Assembly (NCBI GenBank): GCA_964016885.1
Contig: OZ024760.1
Location: 31,496,001 to 31,560,000, forward strand
Direction: 5' to 3'
Source of the DNA: Eledone cirrhosa
Lineage: Eukaryota
Length of the DNA stretch: 64,000 nucleotides
The position numbers were made by a program, and so were the translations under genes. Below are positions 30,628 to 45,000 of the stretch, one piece after another (positions within the stretch are counted from its first letter, which is position 1; every line of letters begins with the position of its first letter). The notes beneath the pieces were generated by a model, which did no database searches, was not told the origin of the DNA, and saw nothing but the letters and a program-made list of their open reading frames with translations.

Positions 30628-31241
30628 TAAAGGAATTGAGAGAGAGACTATAAAGGAATTGAGAGAGAGACTGAGCATAAGAGGAATCAAATGCTGCGTG
30701 CAGGAGAGGCGGTTACGCTGGTATGGACATGTGATGCGTATGAAGGATGACAGCTGCATAAAAAGGTGCAGAGCACTAGAAGTTGATGGAAACCGCGGAG
30801 TGGGGAGACCCAAGATGACTTGGGATGAGGTGATAAAAGCCGACCTTACCCAACTACACCTCTCAAAGTCAATGACACACGACCGTGACTTCTGGCGTCA
30901 CGCAGTAATACAGGGTACCCGACCTCCCATGGGTACATGCTGAAGCATATAAACAATATGCCCCCCCCCCCACCGCAAGGTGGTCGTGGAGGTGCCACGG
31001 CAAAAAAGCACCCAGCCCACACTGTAAAGTGGACGTGTAGGCGCCACGAAAAAGCACCCAGCACTCACTGTAAATGAGGTTGGTGTTAGGAAGGGCATCC
31101 AGCTGTAGAAATCAAGCCAGATCAGTTCCTGTATGAGCAAGGCATGGTCAGCCGACCAGACACTGCCCACAACAGGACAACCCGTCTAACCCATGCTAGC
31201 GTGGAAGAACGGACGTAAAACGGTGATGATGATGATGATGA
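30628..31241 (+). mobile_element. RTE LINE 3' fragment (related subfamily) with (GAT)n tail
   Basis: [14 protein letters not shown]...GRPKMTW; 3' UTR motif GTTGGTGTTAGGAAGGGCATCC. Confidence 0.9.
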
Positions 31242-31252
31242 TATATATATGC

Positions 31253-33715
31253 ATAACGAGGTGCCACAAAAACGTCCTAGACTTAATTTTCAGCAATCAC
31301 ACTGACAATATCCACAATATTGCAGTGGAGAAAACTCTACTCTCTGATCATGACATGGTTCTCTGTGATCTGAGATTCCACCGTCCAATATACAAACCCA
31401 ATGTCATCTCTCCTGTCCATCCGTTTGACGCTATGGATTTCCACAATGCAAACTGGGAAGCGATCAGTCATGATCTTGCACATGTCGACTGGTCCTTCAC
31501 GCACACTCATACACCCACTAACATCAAAAAGTCCTGGCAGACATTTGTGGACACTGTTACAAACATATGTGCTAAACACACCCCATTAAGAACTATAAAC
31601 AAATCTAAGAGCAGAATCCCTAGAAATAGAAAAACGCTCATCAGAAAAATTAAGAGAACGAACAAAAAAATCAACAAGCTGAAATACTGTCAGCAGCAAC
31701 ACATCAACTTGACTGCCATTTCATCACTAGAGATTAAAAAACATAACCTCCAAAACAACATAATGTCCCTCATCAACAATCAGAGAAGAGCTGAAGAGGC
31801 CTGGGCCATTGAGAAGATCAAACTCAATCCCAAAGTGTTCTTTTCATTTGCAAAAAAACACAAAATCACTGGCTCTACTGTTGGCCCTCTAATTGATGAA
31901 AATGGCACTCTTCAAGACAATGCTAAAACCATGGGTGAGATACTGCAGAAACAATACTGCTCTGTTTTCAGCAATCCTGATATGGCCGATCTGGGCTGCA
32001 TCGGCGATGTTACTCCCCATTACACCTTATCGGACATAACGTTTGGCGCCCCTGATGTCTTGGCGGCAATAAAGGAAATGAAGCATAATTCAGCAGTAGG
32101 TCCCGATAGGTTCCCTGCTTGTGTCTTGAAGACGTGTCAACACCAACTTGCATCTCCTCTTGCCAATCTGTGGCGGAACTCACTGGATGCTGGATATGTG
32201 CCAGAAAACCTTCTATCCCAGTCTGTTGTCCCAGTTTTCAAAAAGGGAAACAAATCCCTTGCCGTGAATTACCGTCCAATCTCACTCACCTCTCATATCA
32301 TTAAGGTATTTGAGAGAGTGGTGAGATCGCGAATGACCCACTTCCTTGAGAGTAACAATATGCTGAACTCCAACCAGCATGGATTCCGTAATGGAAGGGA
32401 TTGCCTGTCGCAGCTACTGCATCACTTTGATGACATTTTGAGAGCCTTGGGAGAGGGTTCCAACACTGATGTTATCTACCTTGATTTCAGCAAGGCCTTT
32501 GACAGGGTTGATCATAACATTCTACTGAGAAAGCTGTCCAATATTGGTGTCACTGGAAAGCTGCTGCAGTGGATCAAGAGCTTCCTGTCAAACAGAACCC
32601 AACATGTTGTAGTTGAGGGAGTCAAATCAAGCCCAGCCAAAGTCAGTAGTGGGGTCCCACAAGGCACTGTGTTGGGCCCACTTCTCTTCATCATCTATAT
32701 TAATGACATCACTGACATCATCAAACACAGCAACATTAACATTTTCGCTGACGATTCCAAGCTCCAAAAGGTCATCAATGGTGTGGATGACCGGATAAGC
32801 CTTCAGTCAGACCTACTGGCTGTTACCCAATGGGCAGAAAAGAACAACATGTTACTGAACGAAGACAAATTCGAACTGATCCACTTTGGAAAAGAGGATG
32901 CTCTGAAACTCCCGTACTCCCTTCCCTCCGGGGAAACTCTCGTGGCATCTAACAACATCAGAGACTTGGGAGTAACCGTGGACAGCAACATAAGCTGGAC
33001 CACGCATATAAGCAGCAAAGTTGACATGGCCCGCAGAATGTGTTCCTGTATCCTCAGAACCTTCCAGTCGAGAGATTCCCGCACCATTATCCTTCTCTTC
33101 TCTACTTTTGCCCGACCACACCTTGAATACTGTTGTCCACTGTGGTCTCCCCACACGAAACAAAGTATCATGAAACTTGAAGCTCCTCAAAGGGCAATCA
33201 CGAAAAAGATAGATGGCATGTCAGACCTTGACTACTGGGGTCGATTAGAAAACCTGAAACTTTACTCACTCCAACGTCGCCGTGAGCGTTATATTATCTG
33301 CATGATGTGGAAAATGTTCCATCATCACTGCCCAAATGATGTTGGCATCGCCTTCAAGATACACCCAAGGCTTGGGCCCCGTGCTATCCGTCCCATTCAA
33401 AAATCTAAATCGCAACTCATAACAACAATACGGCACAATTATTTCACCTCAATCGGCCCTGCTCTCTTCAACATCACACCAGGACACGTCAAAACAGAAA
33501 CTGACCACACAAAATTCAAGAAGTCTTTGGACAAATTCCTCCAAGTAATCCCGGACAAACCACCCACACCCGGATATGTCTCCGCAAACAGTAATTCTCT
33601 TCTCGAATGGGCCATGGTGCCCAAATCCTGAATTGAAAGACTTCGCCAGGTGGTGCTATTAAGTTAGCCATGGCCTGGGCCAATACTGGCAAAAACATTT
33701 CAAAGTTATTCAAAG

Positions 33716-33717
<2 letters not shown>
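31253..33717 (+). mobile_element. 5'-truncated CR1-clade LINE with uninterrupted ORF2 (APE C-terminus plus complete RT)
   Basis: NVLDLIFSN, SDH, NYRPISLTS, QHGFR, YLDFSKAFDRVDH, SGVPQGTVLGPLLF, FADD, RDLGV and [10 protein letters not shown] motifs; stop at 33629-33631. The ATG in the ORF track comes from the upstream RTE tail. Confidence 0.95.
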
Positions 33718-33756
<39 letters not shown>

Positions 33757-33775
33757 TATATATATATATATGTGC

Positions 33776-34610
33776 ATATTACTTGACGCTTTCGACAGTA
33801 AGGAAGAGCAATTAGAGTCGTATAATATAGAGGAACAGTGGGAATTCCTGAGAGCAAACCTGCTGACGGCGGCAGACGAAGTCTGTGGCTGGAGCAGGCC
33901 TGTAGGTAGGAGGAGAGTAACATGGTGGTGGAACAGTAAGGTGGAGGAGTCAATTAAGGCCAAAAAGCAGGCTTGGAAAGTATGGCGGGATGGGGGAAGT
34001 AGAGAAGACTATCAAGTGGCCAGGAGGGAAGCTAGGAGACAAGTGTACTTCGCAAGAAGGGAAGCAGAGGAAAGAAAGTTCAAGCATGTTCTACAACGTG
34101 AGGACCAAAAACGTGAGGTGTTCAGGATTGCCAGGCAATGTGTCAAGGAAAACCGTGATATTGTCGGGGAGAAGTGTGTACTTAACGATGATGGCATACT
34201 TGCCATCACCGACGCTGATAAGAAGGTAGCTTGGAAGTGTCACTACGAAAGGCTTCTAAATGAGGAGAACAAATGGGAGAAAGACAGTCTCCCCCAGATC
34301 GATCCAATAGAGGGACCAGCAGTGTTAGTTGAAGGTAGTATAATAAGTAAGGCAATCAAAGATATGAAGACGGGTAAGGCGGCTGGGCCTTCGGAAATAG
34401 TTGCTGAGATGCTGAAGGCATCTGGTTCGGTGGGACACACCATGGTCACCCGGATAGTTAACCAAGTCGTACAGAATGGGGTTGTTCCGAAGGAATGGCG
34501 TAGCAGCATCATCGTTAACTGCTATAAGGGAAAAGGAGATGCCCTAGATAGGAGTAACTATAGAGGCATTAAATTAATCGACCAGGTCATGAAGGTCACG
34601 GAAAAAGTAA
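33776..34610 (+). mobile_element. RTE LINE internal segment (EN-RT linker to RT start), inverted relative to 34609-36052
   Basis: [20 protein letters not shown] and NYRGIKL motifs. Confidence 0.92.
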
Positions 34611-36052
34611 TGCTTGAACTTTCTTTCCTCTGCTTCCCTTCTTGCGAAGTACACTTGTCTCCTAGCTTCCCTCCTGGCCACTTGATAGTCTTCTCTACTT
34701 CCCCCATCCCGCCATACTTTCCAAGCCTGCTTTTTGGCCTTAATTGACTCCTCCACCTTACTGTTCCACCACCATGTTACTCTCCTCCTACCTACAGGCC
34801 TGCTCCAGCCACAGACTTCGTCTGCCGCCGTCAGCAGGTTTGCTCTCAGGAATTCCCACTGTTCCTCTATATTATACGACTCTAATTGCTCTTCCTTACT
34901 GTCGAAAGCGTCAAGTAATTTGCTTTGAAATTTATTTCTGGCTATGGGGTCCTTTAGCTTCCATATTTTTCTCCTGAGGATAGTCCTCTTCCGCTGTCTA
35001 GTACGTCTCGTCCTGACTATGAGGTCGCTAATTATCAGTCTATGTTGGGAGGTGAATTCTTCATGGGGGTGGGATTTAGTGTTAACAACAGACACTCTGT
35101 CACGTCTTCTGGTAAGGATATAATCTACCTGGCTTGTGTGTTCCCCCGATCTATAGGTGATCAAGTGATTGTCTCGTTTTTTGAAGTTAGTGTTACAGAT
35201 AGTTAAGTTATTTGCGTCGCAGAATTCCAGGATTCTGGAGCCTTCCTCATTTCTAGTACCGAACCCATAGCCTCCATGGATTCCGTCATAGCCGTCACAA
35301 TGTTGTCCAACGTGACCATTTAGGTCGCCTGCAATAACTATATAGTCACTGTCGGTTATTTGGGAGGTAGCGAGCATCAGTGTCTCGTAGAATCTGTCTT
35401 TTATAGCGCGGGGCAGTCCGGATTGGGGTGCGTACACAGATATTACTGTCACCGTAGTTTTATTGAGGACAAGTCTTATTTTAATTATTCTGTCGTTCAC
35501 TCTATTTACGTCTATTATCTTATCTGCCCACTTTTCTGCTACCATGATTCCTACCCCACCCAACCCATTGTCATTTCCCACCCAGAAAAGCTTATAGCAC
35601 CGTTCTTTACCCACGATGAATCTAGCCGACCCTCCCCTCCACCTGGTCTCTTGAATACAACAAACATCGACCTCCTTACGTTCAAGCATTTCTACAACCT
35701 CGTTAGAGCGACCCTTTAAGGTGCCTACATTCATGGTACCAACTCTGAAGTTTTGGATTGCGTTTGGAGGGTGGGAGCGGTGGGGCGCGGGGGGGGGATG
35801 GGGTTATGTTAGCCATCCTGGGCCGAAACAAGGAGGAGTGCTTGCATTCTCGTCCACGAGGTGAATTTGGCTTTATCTTTGGCATTGTCGCTGAGCGTCC
35901 ACATTTTTCTCTCTTCAACTCTCCAGAATTCCGTAGTCCATCCATCATATCGAAAAGCAACCAGTTAAGCGATAGTATGGGCCTCTGACTTATGATTGGT
36001 CCACGTAATAATGGTGGTGCGTGGGGGCGGGAGGGAGGGATGATGGGTTGTT
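34609..36052 (-). mobile_element. RTE LINE 5' part: APE endonuclease and 5' leader
   Basis: FRVGTMNVGTL, CIQETRW, SVYAPQ, AGDLNGHVG, QVDYIL and SQHRL APE motifs in an open frame. Confidence 0.95.
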
Positions 36053-39000
36053 AGCGAGAATGTAAGGTTTAAGATAAGATCGCCGTATTTTGGGCATGAT
36101 TTAACAATAAACGAAAATACAAGATTTGTTTTGTTTAAGAAAATACGATAGAGAAAATGCGGTGATAGGGAAAATATGATTTTTAGAGAAAAGATATGAT
36201 ATAGAATGGTGAAAATATGATATAGTGTGAAATTAGGACATAGAAGTGATTGAATGAATGGGTTCGAATGGAGAGAAGAATCGAGAAAAAATTGGGCATA
36301 ATTTAACAATAAACGAAAATACAAGATTTGTTTTGTTTAAGAAAATACGATAGAGAAAATGCGGTGATAGGGAAAATATGATTTTTAGAGAAAAGATATG
36401 ATATAGAATGGTGAAAATATGATATAGTGTGAAATTAGGACATAGAAGTGATTGAATGAATGGGTTCGAATGGAGAGAAGAATCGAGAAAAAATTGGGCA
36501 TAATTTAACAATAAACGAAAATACAAGATTTGTTTTGTTTAAGAAAATACGATAGAGAAAATGCGGTGATAGGGAAAATATGATTTTTAGAGAAAAGATA
36601 TGATATAGAATGGTGAAAATATGATATAGTGTGAATTTAGGACATAGAAGTGATTGAATGAATGGGTTCGAATGGAGAGAAGAATCGAGAAAAAATTGGG
36701 CATAATTTAACAATAAACGAAAATACAAGATTTGTTTTGTTTAAGAAAATACGATAGAGAAAATGCGGTGATAGGGAAAATATGATTTTTAGAGAAAAGA
36801 TATGATATAGAATGGTGAAAATATGATATAGTGTGAAATTAGGACATAGAAGTGATTGAATGAATGGGTTCGAATGGAGAGAAGAATCGAGAAAAAATTG
36901 GGCATAATTTAACAATAAACGAAAATACAAGATTTGTTTTGTTTAAGAAAATACGATAGAGAAAATGCGGTGATAGGGAAAATATGATTTTTAGAGAAAA
37001 GATATGATATAGAATGGTGAAAATATGATATAGTGTGAAATTAGGACATAGAAGTGATTGAATGAATGGGTTCGAATGGAGAGAAGAATCGAGAAAAAAT
37101 TGGGCATAATTTAACAATAAACGAAAATACAAGATTTGTTTTGTTTAAGAAAATACGATAGAGAAAATGCGGTGATAGGGAAAATATGATTTTTAGAGAA
37201 AAGATATGATATAGAATGGTGAAAATATGATATAGTGTGAAATTAGGACATAGAAGTGATTGAATGAATGGGTTCGAATGGAGAGAAGAATCGAGAAAAA
37301 ATTGGGCATAATTTAACAATAAACGAAAATACAAGATTTGTTTTGTTTAAGAAAATACGATAGAGAAAATGCGGTGATAGGGAAAATATGATTTTTAGAG
37401 AAAAGATATGATATAGAATGGTGAAAATATGATATAGTGTGAATTTAGGACATAGAAGTGATTGAATGAATGGGTTCGAATGGAGAGAAGAATCGAGAAA
37501 AAATTGGGCATAATTTAACAATAAACGAAAATACGAGATTTGTTTTGTTTAAGAAAATACGATAGAGAAAATGCGGTGATAGGGAAAATATGATTTTTAG
37601 AGAAAAGATATGATATAGAATGGTGAAAATATGATATAGTGTGAAATTAGGACATAGAAGTGATTGAATGAATGGGTTCGAATGGAGAGAAGAATCGAGA
37701 AAAAATTGGGCATAATTTAACAATAAACGAAAATACAAGATTTGTTTTGTTTAAGAAAATACGATAGAGAAAATGCGGTGATAGGGAAAATATGATTTTT
37801 AGAGAAAAGATATGATATAGAATGGTGAAAATATGATATAGTGTGAAATTAGGACATAGAAGTGATTGAATGAATGGGTTCGAATGGAGAGAAGAATCGA
37901 GAAAAAATTGGGCATAATTTAACAATAAACGAAAATACAAGATTTGTTTTGTTTAAGAAAATACGATAGAGAAAATGCGGTGATAGGGAAAATATGATTT
38001 TTAGAGAAAAGATATGATATAGAATGGTGAAAATATGATATAGTGTGAATTTAGGACATAGAAGTGATTGAATGAATGGGTTCGAATGGAGAGAAGAATC
38101 GAGAAAAAATTGGGCATAATTTAACAATAAACGAAAATACAAGATTTGTTTTGTTTAAGAAAATACGATAGAGAAAATGCGGTGATAGGGAAAATATGAT
38201 TTTTAGAGAAAAGATATGATATAGAATGGTGAAAATATGATATAGTGTGAAATTAGGACATAGAAGTGATTGAATGAATGGGTTCGAATGGAGAGAAGAA
38301 TCGAGAAAAAATTGGGCATAATTTAACAATAAACGAAAATACAAGATTTGTTTTGTTTAAGAAAATACGATAGAGAAAATGCGGTGATAGGGAAAATATG
38401 ATTTTTAGAGAAAAGATATGATATAGAATGGTGAAAATATGATATAGTGTGAAATTAGGACATAGAAGTGATTGAATGAATGGGTTCGAATGGAGAGAAG
38501 AATCGAGAAAAAATTGGGCATAATTTAACAATAAACGAAAATACAAGATTTGTTTTGTTTAAGAAAATACGATAGAGAAAATGCGGTGATAGGGAAAATA
38601 TGATTTTTAGAGAAAAGATATGATATAGAATGGTGAAAATATGATATAGTGTGAATTTAGGACATAGAAGTGATTGAATGAATGGGTTCGAATAGAGAGA
38701 AGAATCGAGAAAAAATTGGGCATAATTTAACAATAAACGAAAATACAAGATTTGTTTTGTTTAAGAAAATACGATAGAGAAAATGCGGTGATAGGGAAAA
38801 TATGATTTTTAGAGAAAAGATATGATATAGAATGGTGAAAATATGATATAGTGTGAAATTAGGACATAGAAGTGATTGAATGAATGGGTTCGAATGGAGA
38901 GAAGAATCGAGAAAAAATTGGGCATAATTTAACAATAAACGAAAATACAAGATTTGTTTTGTTTAAGAAAATACGATAGAGAAAATGCGGTGATAGGGAA

Positions 39001-42000
39001 AATATGATTTTTAGAGAAAAGATATGATATAGAATGGTGAAAATATGATATAGTGTGAATTTAGGACATAGAAGTGATTGAATGAATGGGTTCGAATGGA
39101 GAGAAGAATCGAGAAAAAATTGGGCATAATTTAACAATAAACGAAAATACAAGATTTGTTTTGTTTAAGAAAATACGATAGAGAAAATGCGGTGATAGGG
39201 AAAATATGATTTTTAGAGAAAAGATATGATATAGAATGGTGAAAATATGATATAGTGTGAAATTAGGACATAGAAGTGATTGAATGAATAGGTTCGAATG
39301 GAGAGAAGAATCGAGAAAAAATTGGGCATAATTTAACAATAAACGAAAATACAAGATTTGTTTTGTTTAAGAAAATACGATAGAGAAAATGCGGTGATAG
39401 GGAAAATATGATTTTTAGAGAAAAGATATGATATAGAATGGTGAAAATATGATATAGTGTGAAATTAGGACATAGAAGTGATTGAATGAATGGGTTCGAA
39501 TGGAGAGAAGAATCGAGAAAAAATTGGGCATAATTTAACAATAAACGAAAATACAAGATTTGTTTTGTTTAAGAAAATACGATAGAGAAAATGCGGTGAT
39601 AGGGAAAATATGATTTTTAGAGAAAAGATATGATATAGAATGGTGAAAATATGATATAGTGTGAATTTAGGACATAGAAGTGATTGAATGAATGGGTTCG
39701 AATGGAGAGAAGAATCGAGAAAAAATTGGGCATAATTTAACAATAAACGAAAATACAAGATTTGTTTTGTTTAAGAAAATACGATAGAGAAAATGCGGTG
39801 ATAGGGAAAATATGATTTTTAGAGAAAAGATATGATATAGAATGGTGAAAATATGATATAGTGTGAAATTAGGACATAGAAGTGATTGAATGAATGGGTT
39901 CGAATGGAGAGAAGAATCGAGAAAAAATTGGGCATAATTTAACAATAAACGAAAATACAAGATTTGTTTTGTTTAAGAAAATACGATAGAGAAAATGCGG
40001 TGATAGGGAAAATATGATTTTTAGAGAAAAGATATGATATAGAATGGTGAAAATATGATATAGTGTGAAATTAGGACATAGAAGTGATTGAATGAATGGG
40101 TTCGAATGGAGAGAAGAATCGAGAAAAAATTGGGCATAATTTAACAATAAACGAAAATACAAGATTTGTTTTGTTTAAGAAAATACGATAGAGAAAATGC
40201 GGTGATAGGGAAAATATGATTTTTAGAGAAAAGATATGATATAGAATGGTGAAAATATGATATAGTGTGAAATTAGGACATAGAAGTGATTGAATGAATG
40301 GGTTCGAATGGAGAGAAGAATCGAGAAAAAATTGGGCATAATTTAACAATAAACGAAAATACAAGATTTGTTTTGTTTAAGAAAATACGATAGAGAAAAT
40401 GCGGTGATAGGGAAAATATGATTTTTAGAGAAAAGATATGATATAGAATGGTGAAAATATGATATAGTGTGAATTTAGGACATAGAAGTGATTGAATGAA
40501 TGGGTTCGAATGGAGAGAAGAATCGAGAAAAAATTGGGCATAATTTAACAATAAACGAAAATACAAGATTTGTTTTGTTTAAGAAAATACGATAGAGAAA
40601 ATGCGGTGATAGGGAAAATATGATTTTTAGAGAAAAGATATGATATAGAATGGTGAAAATATGATATAGTGTGAAATTAGGACATAGAAGTGATTGAATG
40701 AATGGGTTCGAATGGAGAGAAGAATCGAGAAAAAATTGGGCATAATTTAACAATAAACGAAAATACAAGATTTGTTTTGTTTAAGAAAATACGATAGAGA
40801 AAATGCGGTGATAGGGAAAATATGATTTTTAGAGAAAAGATATGATATAGAATGGTGAAAATATGATATAGTGTGAATTTAGGACATAGAAGTGATTGAA
40901 TGAATGGGTTCGAATGGAGAGAAGAATCGAGAAAAAATTGGGCATAATTTAACAATAAACGAAAATACAAGATTTGTTTTGTTTAAGAAAATACGATAGA
41001 GAAAATGCGGTGATAGGGAAAATATGATTTTTAGAGAAAAGATATGATATAGAATGGTGAAAATATGATATAGTGTGAAATTAGGACATAGAAGTGATTG
41101 AATGAATAGGTTCGAATGGAGAGAAGAATCGAGAAAAAATTGGGCATAATTTAACAATAAACGAAAATACAAGATTTGTTTTGTTTAAGAAAATACGATA
41201 GAGAAAATGCGGTGATAGGGAAAATATGATTTTTAGAGAAAAGATATGATATAGAATGGTGAAAATATGATATAGTGTGAAATTAGGACATAGAAGTGAT
41301 TGAATGAATGGGTTCGAATGGAGAGAAGAATCGAGAAAAAATTGGGCATAATTTAACAATAAACGAAAATACAAGATTTGTTTTGTTTAAGAAAATACGA
41401 TAGAGAAAATGCGGTGATAGGGAAAATATGATTTTTAGAGAAAAGATATGATATAGAATGGTGAAAATATGATATAGTGTGAATTTAGGACATAGAAGTG
41501 ATTGAATGAATGGGTTCGGAATGGAGAGAAGAATCGAGAAAAAATTGGGCATAATTTAACAATAAACGAAAATACAAGATTTGTTTTGTTTAAGAAAATA
41601 CGATAGAGAAAATGCGGTGATAGGGAAAATATGATTTTTAGAGAAAAGATATGATATAGAATGGTGAAAATATGATATAGTGTGAAATTAGGACATAGAA
41701 GTGATTGAATGAATGGGTTCGAATGGAGAGAAGAATCGAGAAAAATTGGGCATAATTTAACAATAAACGAAAATACAAGATTTGTTTTGTTTAAGAAAAT
41801 ACGATAGAGAAAATGCGGTGATAGGGAAAATATGATTTTTAGAGAAAAGATATGATATAGAATGGTGAAAATATGATATAGTGTGAAATTAGGACATAGA
41901 AGTGATTGAATGAATGGGTTCGAATGGAGAGAAGAATCGAGAAAAAATTGGGCATAATTTAACAATAAACGAAAATACAAGATTTGTTTTGTTTAAGAAA

Positions 42001-45000
42001 ATACGATAGAGAAAATGCGGTGATAGGGAAAATATGATTTTTAGAGAAAAGATATGATATAGAATGGTGAAAATATGATATAGTGTGAAATTAGGACATA
42101 GAAGTGATTGAATGAATGGGTTCGAATGGAGAGAAGAATCGAGAAAAAATTGGGCATAATTTAACAATAAACGAAAATACAAGATTTGTTTTGTTTAAGA
42201 AAATACGATAGAGAAAATGCGGTGATAGGGAAAATATGATTTTTAGAGAAAAGATATGATATAGAATGGTGAAAATATGATATAGTGTGAATTTAGGACA
42301 TAGAAGTGATTGAATGAATGGGTTCGAATGGAGAGAAGAATCGAGAAAAAATTGGGCATAATTTAACAATAAACGAAAATACAAGATTTGTTTTGTTTAA
42401 GAAAATACGATAGAGAAAATGCGGTGATAGGGAAAATATGATTTTTAGAGAAAAGATATGATATAGAATGGTGAAAATATGATATAGTGTGAAATTAGGA
42501 CATAGAAGTGATTGAATGAATGGGTTCGAATGGAGAGAAGAATCGAGAAAAAATTGGGCATAATTTAACAATAAACGAAAATACAAGATTTGTTTTGTTT
42601 AAGAAAATACGATAGAGAAAATGCGGTGATAGGGAAAATATGATTTTTAGAGAAAAGATATGATATAGAATGGTGAAAATATGATATAGTGTGAAATTAG
42701 GACATAAAAGTGATTGAATGAATGGGTTCGAATGGAGAGAAGAATCGAGAAAAAATTGGGCATAATTTAACAATAAACGAAAATACAAGATTTGTTTTGT
42801 TTAAGAAAATACGATAGAGAAAATGCGGTGATAGGGAAAATATGATTTTTAGAGAAAAGATATGATATAGAATGGTGAAAATATGATATAGTGTGAATTT
42901 AGGACATAGAAGTGATTGAATGAATGGGTTCGAATGGAGAGAAGAATCGAGAAAAAATTGGGCATAATTTAACAATAAACGAAAATACAAGATTTGTTTT
43001 GTTTAAGAAAATACGATAGAGAAAATGCGGTGATAGGGAAAATATGATTTTTAGAGAAAAGATATGATATAGAATGGTGAAAATATGATATAGTGTGAAT
43101 TTAGGACATAGAAGTGATTGAATGAATGGGTTCGAATGGAGAGAAGAATCGAGAAAAAATTGGGCATAATTTAACAATAAACGAAAATACAAGATTTGTT
43201 TTGTTTAAGAAAATACGATAGAGAAAATGCGGTGATCGGGAAAATATGATTTTTAGAGAAAAGAAATGATATAGAATGGTGAAAATATGATATAGTGTGA
43301 AATTAGGACATAGAAGTGATTGAATGAATGGGTTCGAATGGAGAGAAGAATCGAGAAAAATTTGAACGTTACTTTATACCGAAGGGAACAGCCATCCCAG
43401 AAATAGCGAGTTGGCGATTTTGATTAATTTTGGTAGGGTTTTATCTTATATGTATAGAGAGGGAGGGGGGGGGGGGCAGGAACCAGCATGATGAATGGGT
43501 AGGGGGTAGAATATGGGATGGAGCAGAGGTTAAAAGTTTCAAATAGGTACTCGAAGATTTGCGTAAAACTTAGCAAGTTTAACAAATTATATTTAAAGGA
43601 ATATATAATAGTGATAGCGAGAATGTAAGGTTTAAGATAAGATCGCCGTATTTTGGGCATGATTTAACAATAAACGAAAATACAAGATTTGTTTTGTTTA
43701 AGAAAATACGATAGAGAAAATGCGGTGATAGGGAAAATATGATTTTTAGAGAAAAGATATGATATAGAATGGTGAAAATATGATATAGTGTGAAATTAGG
43801 ACATAGAAGTGATTGAATGAATGGGTTCGAATGGAGAGAAGAATCGAGAAAAAATTGGGCATAATTTAACAATAAACGAAAATACAAGATTTGTTTTGTT
43901 TAAGAAAATACGATAGAGAAAAGGCGGTGATAGGGAAAATATGATTTTTAGAGAAAAGATATGATATAGAATGGTGAAAATATGATATAGTGTGAAATTA
44001 GGACATAGAAGTGATTGAATGAATGGGTTCGAATGGAGAGAAGAATCGAGAAAAAATTGGGCATAATTTAACAATAAACGAAAATACAAGATTTGTTTTG
44101 TTTAAGAAAATACGATAGAGAAAATGCGGTGATAGGGAAAATATGATTTTTAGAGAAAAGATATGATATAGAATGGTGAAAATATGATATAGTGTGAATT
44201 TAGGACATAGAAGTGATTGAATGAATGGGTTCGAATGGAGAGAAGAATCGAGAAAAAATTGGGCATAATTTAACAATAAACGAAAATACAAGATTTGTTT
44301 TGTTTAAGAAAATACGATAGAGAAAATGCGGTGATAGGGAAAATATGATTTTTAGAGAAAAGATATGATATAGAATGGTGAAAATATGATATAGTGTGAA
44401 TTTAGGACATAGAAGTGATTGAATGAATGGGTTCGAATGGAGAGAAGAATCGAGAAAAAATTGGGCATAATTTAACAATAAACGAAAATACAAGATTTGT
44501 TTTGTTTAAGAAAATACGATAGAGAAAATGCGGTGATCGGGAAAATATGATTTTTAGAGAAAAGAAATGATATAGAATGGTGAAAATATGATATAGTGTG
44601 AAATTAGGACATAGAAGTGATTGAATGAATGGGTTCGAATGGAGAGAAGAATCGAGAAAAATTTGAACGTTACTTTATACCGAAGGGAACAGCCATCCCA
44701 GAAATAGCGAGTTGGCGATTTTGATTAATTTTGGTAGGGTTTTATCTTATATGTATAGAGAGGGAGGGGGGGGGCAGGAACCAGCATGATGAATGGGTAG
44801 GGGGTAGAATATGGGATGGAGCAGAGGTTAAAAGTTTAAATAGGTACTCGAAGATTTGCGTAAAACTTAGCAAGTTTAACAAATTATATTTAAAGGAATA
44901 TATAATAGTGATAGCGAGAATGTAAGGTTTAAGATAAGATCGCCGTATTTTGGGCATGATTTAACAATAAACGAAAATACAAGATTTGTTTTGTTTAAGA

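Noticed and set aside
31193-31252. N-terminus MLAWKNGRKTVMMMMM of the 812-aa ORF as an RTE-CR1 fusion protein
   Set aside because: Chance in-frame read-through from the upstream RTE 3' UTR, (GAT)n tail and TA linker.
35735-35960. Separate ORF1 or programmed frameshift upstream of the APE domain
   Set aside because: The frames meet at a G/C homopolymer near 35790, so an indel or sequencing error is the simpler explanation; cannot be resolved from one copy.
43395-43408. CCAGAAATAGC shared between the satellite spacer and 9047-9057
   Set aside because: Only an 11-mer, with no extended similarity and no hammerhead core found in the spacer.
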